This document shows positions 48,060 to 55,765 of a stretch of 64,000 nt of DNA, in pieces (position 1 is the first letter of the stretch; every line of letters starts with the position of its first letter). This DNA comes from an uncultured Actinomycetes bacterium (lineage in GTDB: Bacteria; Actinomycetota; JAICYB01). The DNA lies in NCBI GenBank assembly GCA_964520325.1, contig CAZFOB010000003.1, positions 154,745 to 218,744 on the forward strand, written 5' to 3'. The notes below the pieces were generated by a model. It ran no database searches. It was not told the origin of the DNA and saw nothing but the letters and a program-made list of their open reading frames with translations. Both the position numbers and the translations under genes were made by a program.

Positions 48060-48659
48060 TTAGCCGGTGCGCTCGCCGATGGCGAGCCGGACGGCATCCG
48101 AGCAGGACACCGCAGCCGCCGTCATCGGCTCTGTGCTCTTGGCGGCGCGGCTGAGGATGAAGGCTCCCTCGAGGGAGCTCAGGATGAAGATCATGAGCTC
48201 GCGTGACTTCTGGTTCGAGAGACCGGCGCCTTCGAAGCGTTTCGTCCCGGCTTGGATCCACCCCTCGAAGATCTCGGCCGTGACGATGCGAAGCGGTTCG
48301 TTGGTGCTCGCCACCTCAGCAGCAACGGTCGCGATGGGGCACGCGTCGGCATAATCCGTCATCCGCAGGTTTTCGCCAGCGGCGATGAAGCAGTTGTAGG
48401 TTCCGGCGATCATGTCGGGGGAGGCGTCCCACACCGCGTCGACCAGCGCCTGGTAGCCCTGGGCGGCGATGCGCATCGACTCGGCAGCGAGCTGCTCCTT
48501 GCCGCCCGGGAAGAAGTGGTACAGGGAGCCGAAGGGGGCACCGCTCTCTGCCGAGATCTGCTTGAGCCCGGTGCCGGGGTAGCCCTGGCGCATGAAGAGC
48601 CCTGCGCTGGTCTCGAGGATGCGCCGGCGCGTCAGCTGGCCGGACTTGCGCGTGGTCAT
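48060..48659 (-). CDS. TetR-family transcriptional regulator
   Basis: MTTRKSGQLTRRRILETSAGLFMRQGYPGTGLKQISAESGAPFGSLYHFFPGGKEQL is the HTH. Start ATG at 48659. The upstream part of the 340-aa six-frame ORF is rejected. Confidence 0.8.
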   Translation of the reverse strand: MTTRKSGQLTRRRILETSAGLFMRQGYPGTGLKQISAESGAPFGSLYHFFPGGKEQLAAESMRIAAQGYQALVDAVWDASPDMIAGTYNCFIAAGENLRMTDYADACPIATVAAEVASTNEPLRIVTAEIFEGWIQAGTKRFEGAGLSNQKSRELMIFILSSLEGAFILSRAAKSTEPMTAAAVSCSDAVRLAIGERTG

Positions 48660-48705
48660 CTCGCTATTATAGTAGAACGGTCTATCAAATAATCTAAGGA
48701 GCGCC
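48660..48705. promoter_or_regulatory. AT-rich divergent intergenic region with imperfect palindrome TAGAACGGTCTA
   Basis: tcgctATTATAGTAGAACGGTCTATCAAATAATctaaGGAGcgcc contrasts with the 70% GC background. Candidate operator and promoters for the TetR/membrane-protein divergent pair. Confidence 0.35.
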
Positions 48706-49137
48706 ATGGCCGACCGATCCCGCTCAGACAGCCTCTTGCTTCGCAACGCCGCCCTCTTCTTCGCCTTCGGGTCGATCGTCCACACCATCGACCACTTCCG
48801 CCGGGGGCCATCGAGTGTGACCCTCGCTCTGTATGTGTCGGGATGGTTCGCACTGGCGCTGGCCGCTGCTGTGATCTTCCTGATCGTCCGCGGGCACCGG
48901 CTGGCCCCCGAGCTCGCCGTCGCGTCCGGCTTCGGTCTGGCTGCGGCGTACGCGGCGTCGCACTGGCTCCCGACCTGGAGTGTCCTGAGCGATTCCTTCC
49001 TCAGCGACGGCACCGCCATGGTCTCGCGTGCCGCGTCGTTCCTCGAGATCGGGGCCGCGCTCGCCCTCGGCATCGCCGGCATGGTCGTGCTGCGGCGCAG
49101 CGTTGGTTCTTCCGACCGGCGCCCGGTCCCCGCTTGA
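48706..49137 (+). CDS. Integral membrane protein (4 TM), divergent from the TetR gene
   Basis: RBS AGGAGCG then ATG. Hydrophobic 143-aa product. No family recognised. Confidence 0.5.
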   Translation: MADRSRSDSLLLRNAALFFAFGSIVHTIDHFRRGPSSVTLALYVSGWFALALAAAVIFLIVRGHRLAPELAVASGFGLAAAYAASHWLPTWSVLSDSFLSDGTAMVSRAASFLEIGAALALGIAGMVVLRRSVGSSDRRPVPA

Positions 49138-49520
49138 ACGTGTCGAAGCTCGCGCGTCCGATGCTCGTGCTCTTCGGCGGCGGCCTTGCCGCGTTCGGCG
49201 TGCTCTTCCTGTTCTCGCCGTCCACGCTCACGCGGCTCGGGGACGTCGGATTGCCGACCGCCATCGCGACACAGGAGATCCGAGGCGTGTACGGCGGCGG
49301 GTTCGTGGGAACCGGTGCGTTCTTCGTCTATTGCGCCCGCTCGCTCCTTCGTCCCGGACTGATCGCATTGGCGTTCGTCGCCGGAGGTTTCGTCGTCGGA
49401 CGCACCGTTGGATTGATCGTGGATGGGATGCCGAACGCCCTGATCGCGTTCCTCTACGCCACCGAGATCGGCGCGACCATCGTCGCGCTTGCGGCCCTTC
49501 GCTCACCGGCAACGCGCTAA
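49134..49520 (+). CDS. Small membrane protein (DUF4345-like)
   Basis: ...MLVLFGGGLAAFGVLFLFSPSTLTRLG...GGGFVGTGAFFVYCA.... TTG 49134 overlaps the upstream stop. An alternative ATG lies at 49163. Confidence 0.45.
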   Translation: MNVSKLARPMLVLFGGGLAAFGVLFLFSPSTLTRLGDVGLPTAIATQEIRGVYGGGFVGTGAFFVYCARSLLRPGLIALAFVAGGFVVGRTVGLIVDGMPNALIAFLYATEIGATIVALAALRSPATR

Positions 49521-49827
49521 CGTCGCGTTCGTGGCCGCGAGTCGAACCAAGCGCATCATCGACTGGCTCTTCCTCGACCGCACGACCGGCCGCATCACGA
49601 TCGTGCAGTTCCCGAACCTGCCGCTCGGGATCTTCCTGATCGCGAGCGCGGTTCGATGGTTCGCTTCACCGGACGGGACGGCGGGCACCGTCGTGTCCGC
49701 GGTTGCCACCGGGGGGCTGCTCTGGTGGGCGATCGACGAGGTCGTGCGTGGCGTGAATCCATTCCGTCGCGCTCTCGGTGCATCGATCTTCGTCCTGACC
49801 GTCGTGATGATGTTCGTTCGCCTGTAG
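49489..49827 (+). CDS. Small membrane protein
   Basis: Three hydrophobic segments. Overlaps the preceding ORF. No family recognised. Confidence 0.4.
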   Translation: MRPFAHRQRANVAFVAASRTKRIIDWLFLDRTTGRITIVQFPNLPLGIFLIASAVRWFASPDGTAGTVVSAVATGGLLWWAIDEVVRGVNPFRRALGASIFVLTVVMMFVRL

Positions 49828-50047
49828 CGGCTTTCGCGGCAGGATCGGCGCAGAACGGTTCAGCGGCTGAGGCGTTGCGCCGAAACTCGGTGATGAGACA
49901 GGTTCGTGCGTCGCTCCGAAGGAGGAGCATGCAGGTGAGGACATCGGAGCGTAGCGAGTTCGACAGCAGAATGATCGGCTTTATGCTGGCCGGCATGGGT
50001 ATTGGGCATGTCAGCAGAGCATGAGTTAGGCCGATGAGGATTTACCG

Positions 50048-50584
50048 ATGAAGTTCCTCCTGAGGAAGGCAAAGCTAGACGAGGTTCCGGCTCTACAGGA
50101 GTTAATCGCCAGGTCGGCTCGGGAGCTTTGCCGCGACGACTACTCAGAGGCGCAAATTGAGGCTGCAATAGGTACGGCATGGGGCGTCGACACTGAGTTG
50201 ATTCGCGATGAGACGTACTTCGCCGTTGAGGCGGATGGCGAAATTGTGGCCTGCGGTGGGTGGAGCCGACGCAAGACGCTCTTTGGCGCCGATGCTGCAG
50301 CCGATCGGGAGTCCGAGACCCTGGATCCCACCACGGACTCCGCTCGCATCCGCGCCTTCTTTGTTCGTCCCGACTGGGCACGGCAAGGGATCGGCAACTT
50401 GCTCCTCGAAGAATGCGAGTCGGAAGCGCGTGCCCATGGCTTTCGGTCGGCGGAGCTTGTCGCGACATTACCGGGACATCGGCTCTACCAGATGTTTGGA
50501 TACGTGGGCGACGAGCGAGTCGAGTACCCGCTGACTGGGGGAATCTCGATCGAGTTCATCCCGATGAAGAAGGAAGCCATTTGA
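50048..50584 (+). CDS. GNAT-family N-acetyltransferase
   Basis: ...FFVRPDWARQGIGNLLLEECESEARAHGF... is the acetyl-CoA binding motif A (Q/RxxGxG/A). Lower-GC codon usage than the surroundings. Confidence 0.8.
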   Translation: MKFLLRKAKLDEVPALQELIARSARELCRDDYSEAQIEAAIGTAWGVDTELIRDETYFAVEADGEIVACGGWSRRKTLFGADAAADRESETLDPTTDSARIRAFFVRPDWARQGIGNLLLEECESEARAHGFRSAELVATLPGHRLYQMFGYVGDERVEYPLTGGISIEFIPMKKEAI

Positions 50585-50634
50585 ACAGGCGCAGATGCGC
50601 CTGCGGAGGCTCCGGTCGGCCTTACACTGGCCTC

Positions 50635-50874
50635 ATGACGACCGAGATCAAGTGGCAAGACCACATCGTCTCGACGCCCGACACTTTGCACGGAAAGCCG
50701 CGGTTTAAGGGCACGCGCATTCCGGTCACGGTCGTCTTGGATAACCTTGCCGGCGGCGTCAGCCGCGAAGAGATCTATGACAACTGGCCGACGTTGCCGC
50801 CAGAGGCTATCGAAGTCGCACTCGCCTACGCCGCCGAGCTGGCCCGCGAGCGCATCGTCCCCATTCCGCAATAG
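50635..50874 (+). CDS. DUF433-family protein (antitoxin-like)
   Basis: MTTEIKWQDHIVSTPDTLHGKPRFKGTRIPVTVVLDNLAGGVSREEIYDNWPTLPPEAIEVALAYAAEL matches the DUF433 consensus (GKP-I-GTRI-V--VL--L-AG). Confidence 0.7.
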   Translation: MTTEIKWQDHIVSTPDTLHGKPRFKGTRIPVTVVLDNLAGGVSREEIYDNWPTLPPEAIEVALAYAAELARERIVPIPQ

Positions 50875-50877
50875 TTC

Positions 50878-51240
50878 GTGGCGTCGCTCAAGCTCGACGA
50901 GAACATGCCGGATGCGGCTGCCGAGATCCTCCGCAGCGCAGGCCACGACGTCGCTCTGGCCAGGGACGAGGCTCTGGCCGGTGAAGACGACGACCGCCTG
51001 GCGGCCGTCGCATCGGCTGAGGGCCGCGTCCTCGTCACACTGGACGTCGATTTCGCCGACATCCGTCGTCATCCGCCTGCGGGCACGCCCGGGCTTGTCG
51101 TGATCCGCCTGCATCGACAGACAGTCGGCTTGATGCGCCGGGCGGCGATCGCGCTCGGAGACTTCCTGCTGAGCGAGCCGATCACCGGCAAGCTCTGGAT
51201 CGTCGATGAATCGCGCTTGCGCGTTTGGCCCGACTGGTAG
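50878..51240 (+). CDS. DUF5615-family PIN-like protein (toxin-like partner of DUF433)
   Basis: MASLKLDENMPDAAAEILRSAGHDVALARDEALAGEDDDRLAAVASAEGRVLVTLDVDFADI... matches the DUF5615/Mut7-C-like layout. GTG start 3 nt after the DUF433 stop. Confidence 0.65.
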   Translation: MASLKLDENMPDAAAEILRSAGHDVALARDEALAGEDDDRLAAVASAEGRVLVTLDVDFADIRRHPPAGTPGLVVIRLHRQTVGLMRRAAIALGDFLLSEPITGKLWIVDESRLRVWPDW

Positions 51241-51402
51241 CGGCGCCGCATGACTCGCGGTTGCACCCGACCGAGACTGCTTTGGCGTCGACCTCATTCC
51301 CGTTCCCTCAACTCCCGGGTGCCGGATCGCGCGAAACTGTTGGAGCGGAGCGGGCGTCGACAATGTCTCAGCGGGTGAACCGCAGAAGTCGTTAGGCGAA
51401 CT

Positions 51403-51843
51403 GTGAATGTGGTTGTCACTCCCCTTGAAGATGTCGAACGGATAGTCGCGCTTGCTCAAGAGGCTGAACACGACGGACATCAGATGGTGTCTCGTTTGAT
51501 CTCGGATCACAGGGACGGCTCGAACCGCTTCAACGCGGCAGGGGAGCGGCTGTACATCGCGGAAGCTGATGGCAGAGTGCTTGGCGTGTGCGGGCTCAAC
51601 CTCGACCCATACGTTGCCGACGCCAGCGTAGGGCGCGTCCGCCGTCTCTATGTCTCGGTAGCCCAACGCCGGCTGGGTGTTGGCTCGGTTCTGGTGGATC
51701 AAGTCGTGAGTGACGCTCGTGGCACGTTCGCGAGGTTACGACTGCGCACGTACGACCCGATCGCGGCGGCGTTCTATGTGTCCCGCGGATTCGGGCAGGT
51801 CGGGGATGATGAGTTTTGTACGCATCAGATCGCCCTGGAATGA
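51403..51843 (+). CDS. GNAT-family N-acetyltransferase
   Basis: ...LYVSVAQRRLGVGSVLVDQVVSDARG... motif A. Confidence 0.75.
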   Translation: MNVVVTPLEDVERIVALAQEAEHDGHQMVSRLISDHRDGSNRFNAAGERLYIAEADGRVLGVCGLNLDPYVADASVGRVRRLYVSVAQRRLGVGSVLVDQVVSDARGTFARLRLRTYDPIAAAFYVSRGFGQVGDDEFCTHQIALE

Positions 51844-52424
51844 ACAGGCACTGCCCACGATTCGATCGCGGCCTCGACGCGATCCTGATCGTCGAGCAGG
51901 ATGCACCGGAACTTGAGGCTTCGGCGGAGAGTCTCGGTCTCGCGAAGGTCGGAGCCGTGCCCGTCATGGTGTGGGAGAACCAGCCGCCGCCGGTCGCGAA
52001 CAGTCGCTACAAGGTCCGGATGGCGGACGAAGCGGACGTACCCATCACGAACGCTCTCGTCGCTTCGGCGTTCTCCCTGGACGAAGAGAAGGTGCAACGC
52101 GCCCTGCCGCCGTCCGTCGTGAAGAGCGGAGCCGACATCTGGGTGGTCGAGGACGAGGGTGAAGCGATCGGGACCGGGATGTTCGTCCGCCGGGGCAGTC
52201 ACGTGGGGGTCTACTGCATGGCGACGCCGGAGCGCTCACAGCGGCGGGGTGTCGGTCGGGCGGTGCTCGAAACAGGGATCGCACACTACCTCGAGCGCGG
52301 CGCCAAGACGTTCACCCTGAAAGCCTCCGAGGCCGGGTTTCACCTATACGAGCAGGCGGGGTTCGTCACGGTGGCAACACCATCGGTATTCGTGACCGCT
52401 GCATCGACACAGTTCCCGAGCTGA
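51840..52424 (+). CDS. GNAT-family N-acetyltransferase
   Basis: ...GVYCMATPERSQRRGVGRAVLETGIAHYLERGAKTFTLKAS... motif A. ATG overlaps the upstream stop (ATGA). Confidence 0.65.
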   Translation: MNRHCPRFDRGLDAILIVEQDAPELEASAESLGLAKVGAVPVMVWENQPPPVANSRYKVRMADEADVPITNALVASAFSLDEEKVQRALPPSVVKSGADIWVVEDEGEAIGTGMFVRRGSHVGVYCMATPERSQRRGVGRAVLETGIAHYLERGAKTFTLKASEAGFHLYEQAGFVTVATPSVFVTAASTQFPS

Positions 52425-52648
52425 TGATCGTTAGAGTTCGCGCAGGAATCGGGGCCAGATGTGCTTTACGCCTTCCGGCTCCAGTGAGTGGATGAGGGAC
52501 TGCGCACCCGTGATCTTCTGTCCGGTCTTGAAGTCCATCCTTCGAGTCGGGCGAAGAAAAAACCCCTCGTCCTCTCGCGCGAACCGCCCCTCCAACACAG
52601 GGACCATGACGCGACTCGCACTCCGGCCCCGTCGGTGCCGTCGCGCAA

Positions 52649-53746
52649 TCAGCTGATCGGCGACCTTTCCCTTTCGTCCAGCGCCTGCACTGTCGAACGC
52701 GAGCCGTTCGACGACACCTGAACGTCTCCGTGCGTCGTGTCCTCGGCCGCTCGATGGCGTCGGACCATCTCGCGGTCTTGGCGACGCCGAGTGCGCCATC
52801 TGCGTACACGGTCGCGCAGCAGCAACCACGCGAGCGCTGCCGCCGCAAGGAGGCCGAGCACACCGCCGACGAGCTTCCAAGGGACGAACGCAAGGTTCTT
52901 CGCCTCGCTCGAGAAGACTTTCGCTTCCTCGCCGTTGATGAACGTACGGATGTGAGCGACAGCCTGAACCCGGCCGAGCCTAGGAGGCTGGCTCCATACT
53001 CCGGAGAGCGTCGCTTTGCCATTCGGGATGACGTAGATCTCGCGTGGCGAGAGCTCGACGCTGTCGATGCGCTTGTCGTCTCGTCGCAGTTCGATCTGTC
53101 CGAGAATCGTGAATAACACGTTGCCCCGGTTCGTGATGGTCGTCTCGAAGCGGGAGCCCCCGGGAACGGCGCGCGTATTCGGCGAACTAACGCTCGCGCG
53201 TTGATCGACCTTTCCGGGAACGCGCAGCCGGACGAACAGCGCAGCTCGTGTCTCCACCGAGATCGCCTGGCTCCCATCACCGAGGTCGGCAGCGACGACC
53301 AGCGCCCCGGGATATTCCCCCGGAGCAGCGAACTCCGGTACAGAAAGCGTGAAGGGCACGGTTAGACGGCCGCGAGGGCCGATGCCTACAACGGCCTGCT
53401 CGGGATCGTCCAACGTGAGCCAATTCCCGACGGTACGCATCGTTGCGTCCCGCTGCTTGGCCGCGAGGCCACCGCCCTCAGCGGAACTCACATCGGCCGG
53501 GTAGACGTGGAGGTTGATCGGTCTGTCGGTGTAGTTGATCAGGATCGCGCCGTCGCGGACGGATGCTCCGCGCGCAAGGTCGTACGTGAAGTTGCCGTTC
53601 TTGAGCGTGGTCTCGCCATAACTCGCTGCCTTGACGCCGAACACCTTCTGCGCTGGCGCCTGCGGCGTCTGCACAGTGGCGATGGCGGGCGAGGCGACAA
53701 AGGCCGCCGCAGCCAATGCTGCGGCGGCCTTCATGACCCTCGTCAT
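52649..53746 (-). CDS. Secreted, C-terminally membrane-anchored surface protein (DUF916/DUF3324-like architecture)
   Basis: Signal peptide MTRVMKAAAALAAAAFVASPAIA, an approx 280-aa beta-rich ectodomain, a C-terminal TM helix WKLVGGVLGLLAAAALAWLLL and a basic cytoplasmic tail. Stop overlaps the start of the upstream beta-propeller gene. Confidence 0.5.
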   Translation of the reverse strand: MTRVMKAAAALAAAAFVASPAIATVQTPQAPAQKVFGVKAASYGETTLKNGNFTYDLARGASVRDGAILINYTDRPINLHVYPADVSSAEGGGLAAKQRDATMRTVGNWLTLDDPEQAVVGIGPRGRLTVPFTLSVPEFAAPGEYPGALVVAADLGDGSQAISVETRAALFVRLRVPGKVDQRASVSSPNTRAVPGGSRFETTITNRGNVLFTILGQIELRRDDKRIDSVELSPREIYVIPNGKATLSGVWSQPPRLGRVQAVAHIRTFINGEEAKVFSSEAKNLAFVPWKLVGGVLGLLAAAALAWLLLRDRVRRWRTRRRQDREMVRRHRAAEDTTHGDVQVSSNGSRSTVQALDERERSPIS

Positions 53747-55581
53747 GGCGTCGACAGGATCGAGTATTGCAGCGTGCCGCGGTAGGAGCCGGGCTGCGCA
53801 CCGGTAGGAACGACGACATGGGCGACGCTTCCGAATTGATCGAAGGTGTCTCTGGCGCCTCCCTCACCCGTAAGCAGTGTCAGCGGGGCGGAGAACGAGC
53901 CGGCGGGGTTCTGTGGGTCAACCTTGAAGGCGCTGCCGGCTCCCGCGCTAACACCCTTCGACGGAGTGATCTCACTCCCCGGGGTGAACCCGAGCCGAGT
54001 GAAGGCGACGCGCGACTCCGTTGTTGCATCAATCATGTCACTTGCCGCAACCGTGGCCGACCACGACGCTCCGGACGGCGTGGTGTTCTCGTATGAGATG
54101 TCACCGACCGAGATCGAGGTCACGGACGACCCCGGATCGATCGTCCCGAAGTCGGCGCTGTGTCGCTGCAACGCGATGGACAGGACGCCGGCCTCCTGCT
54201 CGGGCACGGTGAGACATGTCGTCTGCGATGCGCCGGTTGCGTCGCCGCATGCTCCCGGCGGCGGCGGCGGAACCTCTCCCGGCGGCGGCGGCGGCGTCGT
54301 CGACGAACCTGTGCCCATCAGCCTCACCACGGCAAAGTCTTGATCGCGACGGTCGGTCGTGCCGCCGATCACGAAGCGCCCGACATGGTCGACGACCACG
54401 GACCTCCCCTCAGAAACATTTCCTGTATTGGCGCCGCCGACGGAGATCTCGGCAGGGACGTCGTCATGGGAAACAAGCCAGAGACCCGGATCTCCGTTAC
54501 CGTCGAACCGAACCCCAACCGCCACGATCTCGCCTTCGTCCGATAGCGCGGCGTCGTTGAACAGCCCAGGATCGCGCATGCTACTTGTGGGAGATTTTCC
54601 GTCTGACGTGAGAGAAGCGTGTACGAGCCAGTATCTGTCGTCGGATGGGGGGTTCTCTCTCTCCACGACGGCCGCCCCTGCGACGAGGATCGCGTCGTCA
54701 GTCGGGAAGATACCGATCGGCTTTTCGCCACGCGAATACCCCCCCAGCTGCGGTTCAATGATGGCGCCGAACCAGTCCTGGTGCTGACCACCCTCACCGA
54801 ACCCCGAGCGATCCCACGATCCGTCGGCGTTCAGCCGCGCGATCTGCATGGCTTCGCCGAAACCCGGCTGTTGCGAAGTACCGGCGACAAGGATCTGGTC
54901 CCCTTGGAACGCCATCTCGTACAGACGAACTCGCAGTTGCGAATCGCCTCGAAACACCGTCCTGCCTGCATTGCCGAAATGCTCATCGCGTGTGCCGTTG
55001 GCGCTGAACGCATAGATGACGCCGCTGAATCCCTCGTTCTCCCACCCTTCCACGAGGATGCGATCATTCTTGTCCACGACGATCGACTCGACCTGGAAGT
55101 CGCGTGGGAGCGACTGCTTGCCCAGACTCGAGCCGAAGTCCCGATCGATGACTCCGTCGGATCTGAAGCGACCGAGGAATCCCAGACCGCCGACCACGAC
55201 CCCTCCATCGGAGTCGACCGCGATCGAAGTGATCGAGCCGGACCCCGTCGTTCCCGAAGATGCGGCCAGACCGGTTCCGCTCTGCCTTCCACCATCTCCG
55301 AATGTCGGATCCAACCTCCCACCCTCGAGATAACGAACGATCGCGTACCCATCAGCAGGGCCGAGGTATCCCCCAGCTGCGACAACGCGACTGTCTGGAT
55401 ACGTCGCGACAGCCTGCAGAGAATCGTGATCCCGACTCACGACGTCCGTCACCACTCGCCCGTCGCCTCCGAACGAAGTGTCGAGGTCCAACGCTTTCCC
55501 TTGAGCGGGGAGCGTCGTCCCGGCAACGATGAGCAAGCTCAGTAGTAGTGCAACACCGGTACAGCGTCGTCTCGTTCCCAT
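53743..55581 (-). CDS. Secreted delta-60-repeat beta-propeller protein with Pro-rich linker and WxL-like C-terminal domain
   Basis: Signal peptide, then LDTSFGGDGRVVTD... (delta-60 repeat hallmark) and repeated DxxFGxxG blades. Linker PPPPPGEVPPPPPG. The C-terminal approx 170 aa ends ...GSYRGTLQYSILSTP, resembling the terminal Y-GTL-W-L---P of WxL domains. Confidence 0.6.
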   Translation of the reverse strand: MGTRRRCTGVALLLSLLIVAGTTLPAQGKALDLDTSFGGDGRVVTDVVSRDHDSLQAVATYPDSRVVAAGGYLGPADGYAIVRYLEGGRLDPTFGDGGRQSGTGLAASSGTTGSGSITSIAVDSDGGVVVGGLGFLGRFRSDGVIDRDFGSSLGKQSLPRDFQVESIVVDKNDRILVEGWENEGFSGVIYAFSANGTRDEHFGNAGRTVFRGDSQLRVRLYEMAFQGDQILVAGTSQQPGFGEAMQIARLNADGSWDRSGFGEGGQHQDWFGAIIEPQLGGYSRGEKPIGIFPTDDAILVAGAAVVERENPPSDDRYWLVHASLTSDGKSPTSSMRDPGLFNDAALSDEGEIVAVGVRFDGNGDPGLWLVSHDDVPAEISVGGANTGNVSEGRSVVVDHVGRFVIGGTTDRRDQDFAVVRLMGTGSSTTPPPPPGEVPPPPPGACGDATGASQTTCLTVPEQEAGVLSIALQRHSADFGTIDPGSSVTSISVGDISYENTTPSGASWSATVAASDMIDATTESRVAFTRLGFTPGSEITPSKGVSAGAGSAFKVDPQNPAGSFSAPLTLLTGEGGARDTFDQFGSVAHVVVPTGAQPGSYRGTLQYSILSTP

Positions 55582-55765
55582 CCCTCGCCTCCGTTTCCTT
55601 CGCGTTCCGTCCGGTGGTCAAAGCCGTTTCCCTCGGCTTCAGGACGAAGTGTGGGGGGAGGGGGAAACCACTACATCGGTCAGGTGACCTAATCCACTCA
55701 GCGAGTTCGGTTCGTCACACGCCGAGTGGGTATTCGTGCACAGAAGGCACGTCGCCGCGCGGATC

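Noticed and set aside
48843-49133. Upstream part of the 225-aa ORF overlapping the 143-aa membrane-protein gene
   Set aside because: It is an Arg-rich out-of-frame overlap. The hydrophobic DUF4345-like sequence begins only near 49134-49163.
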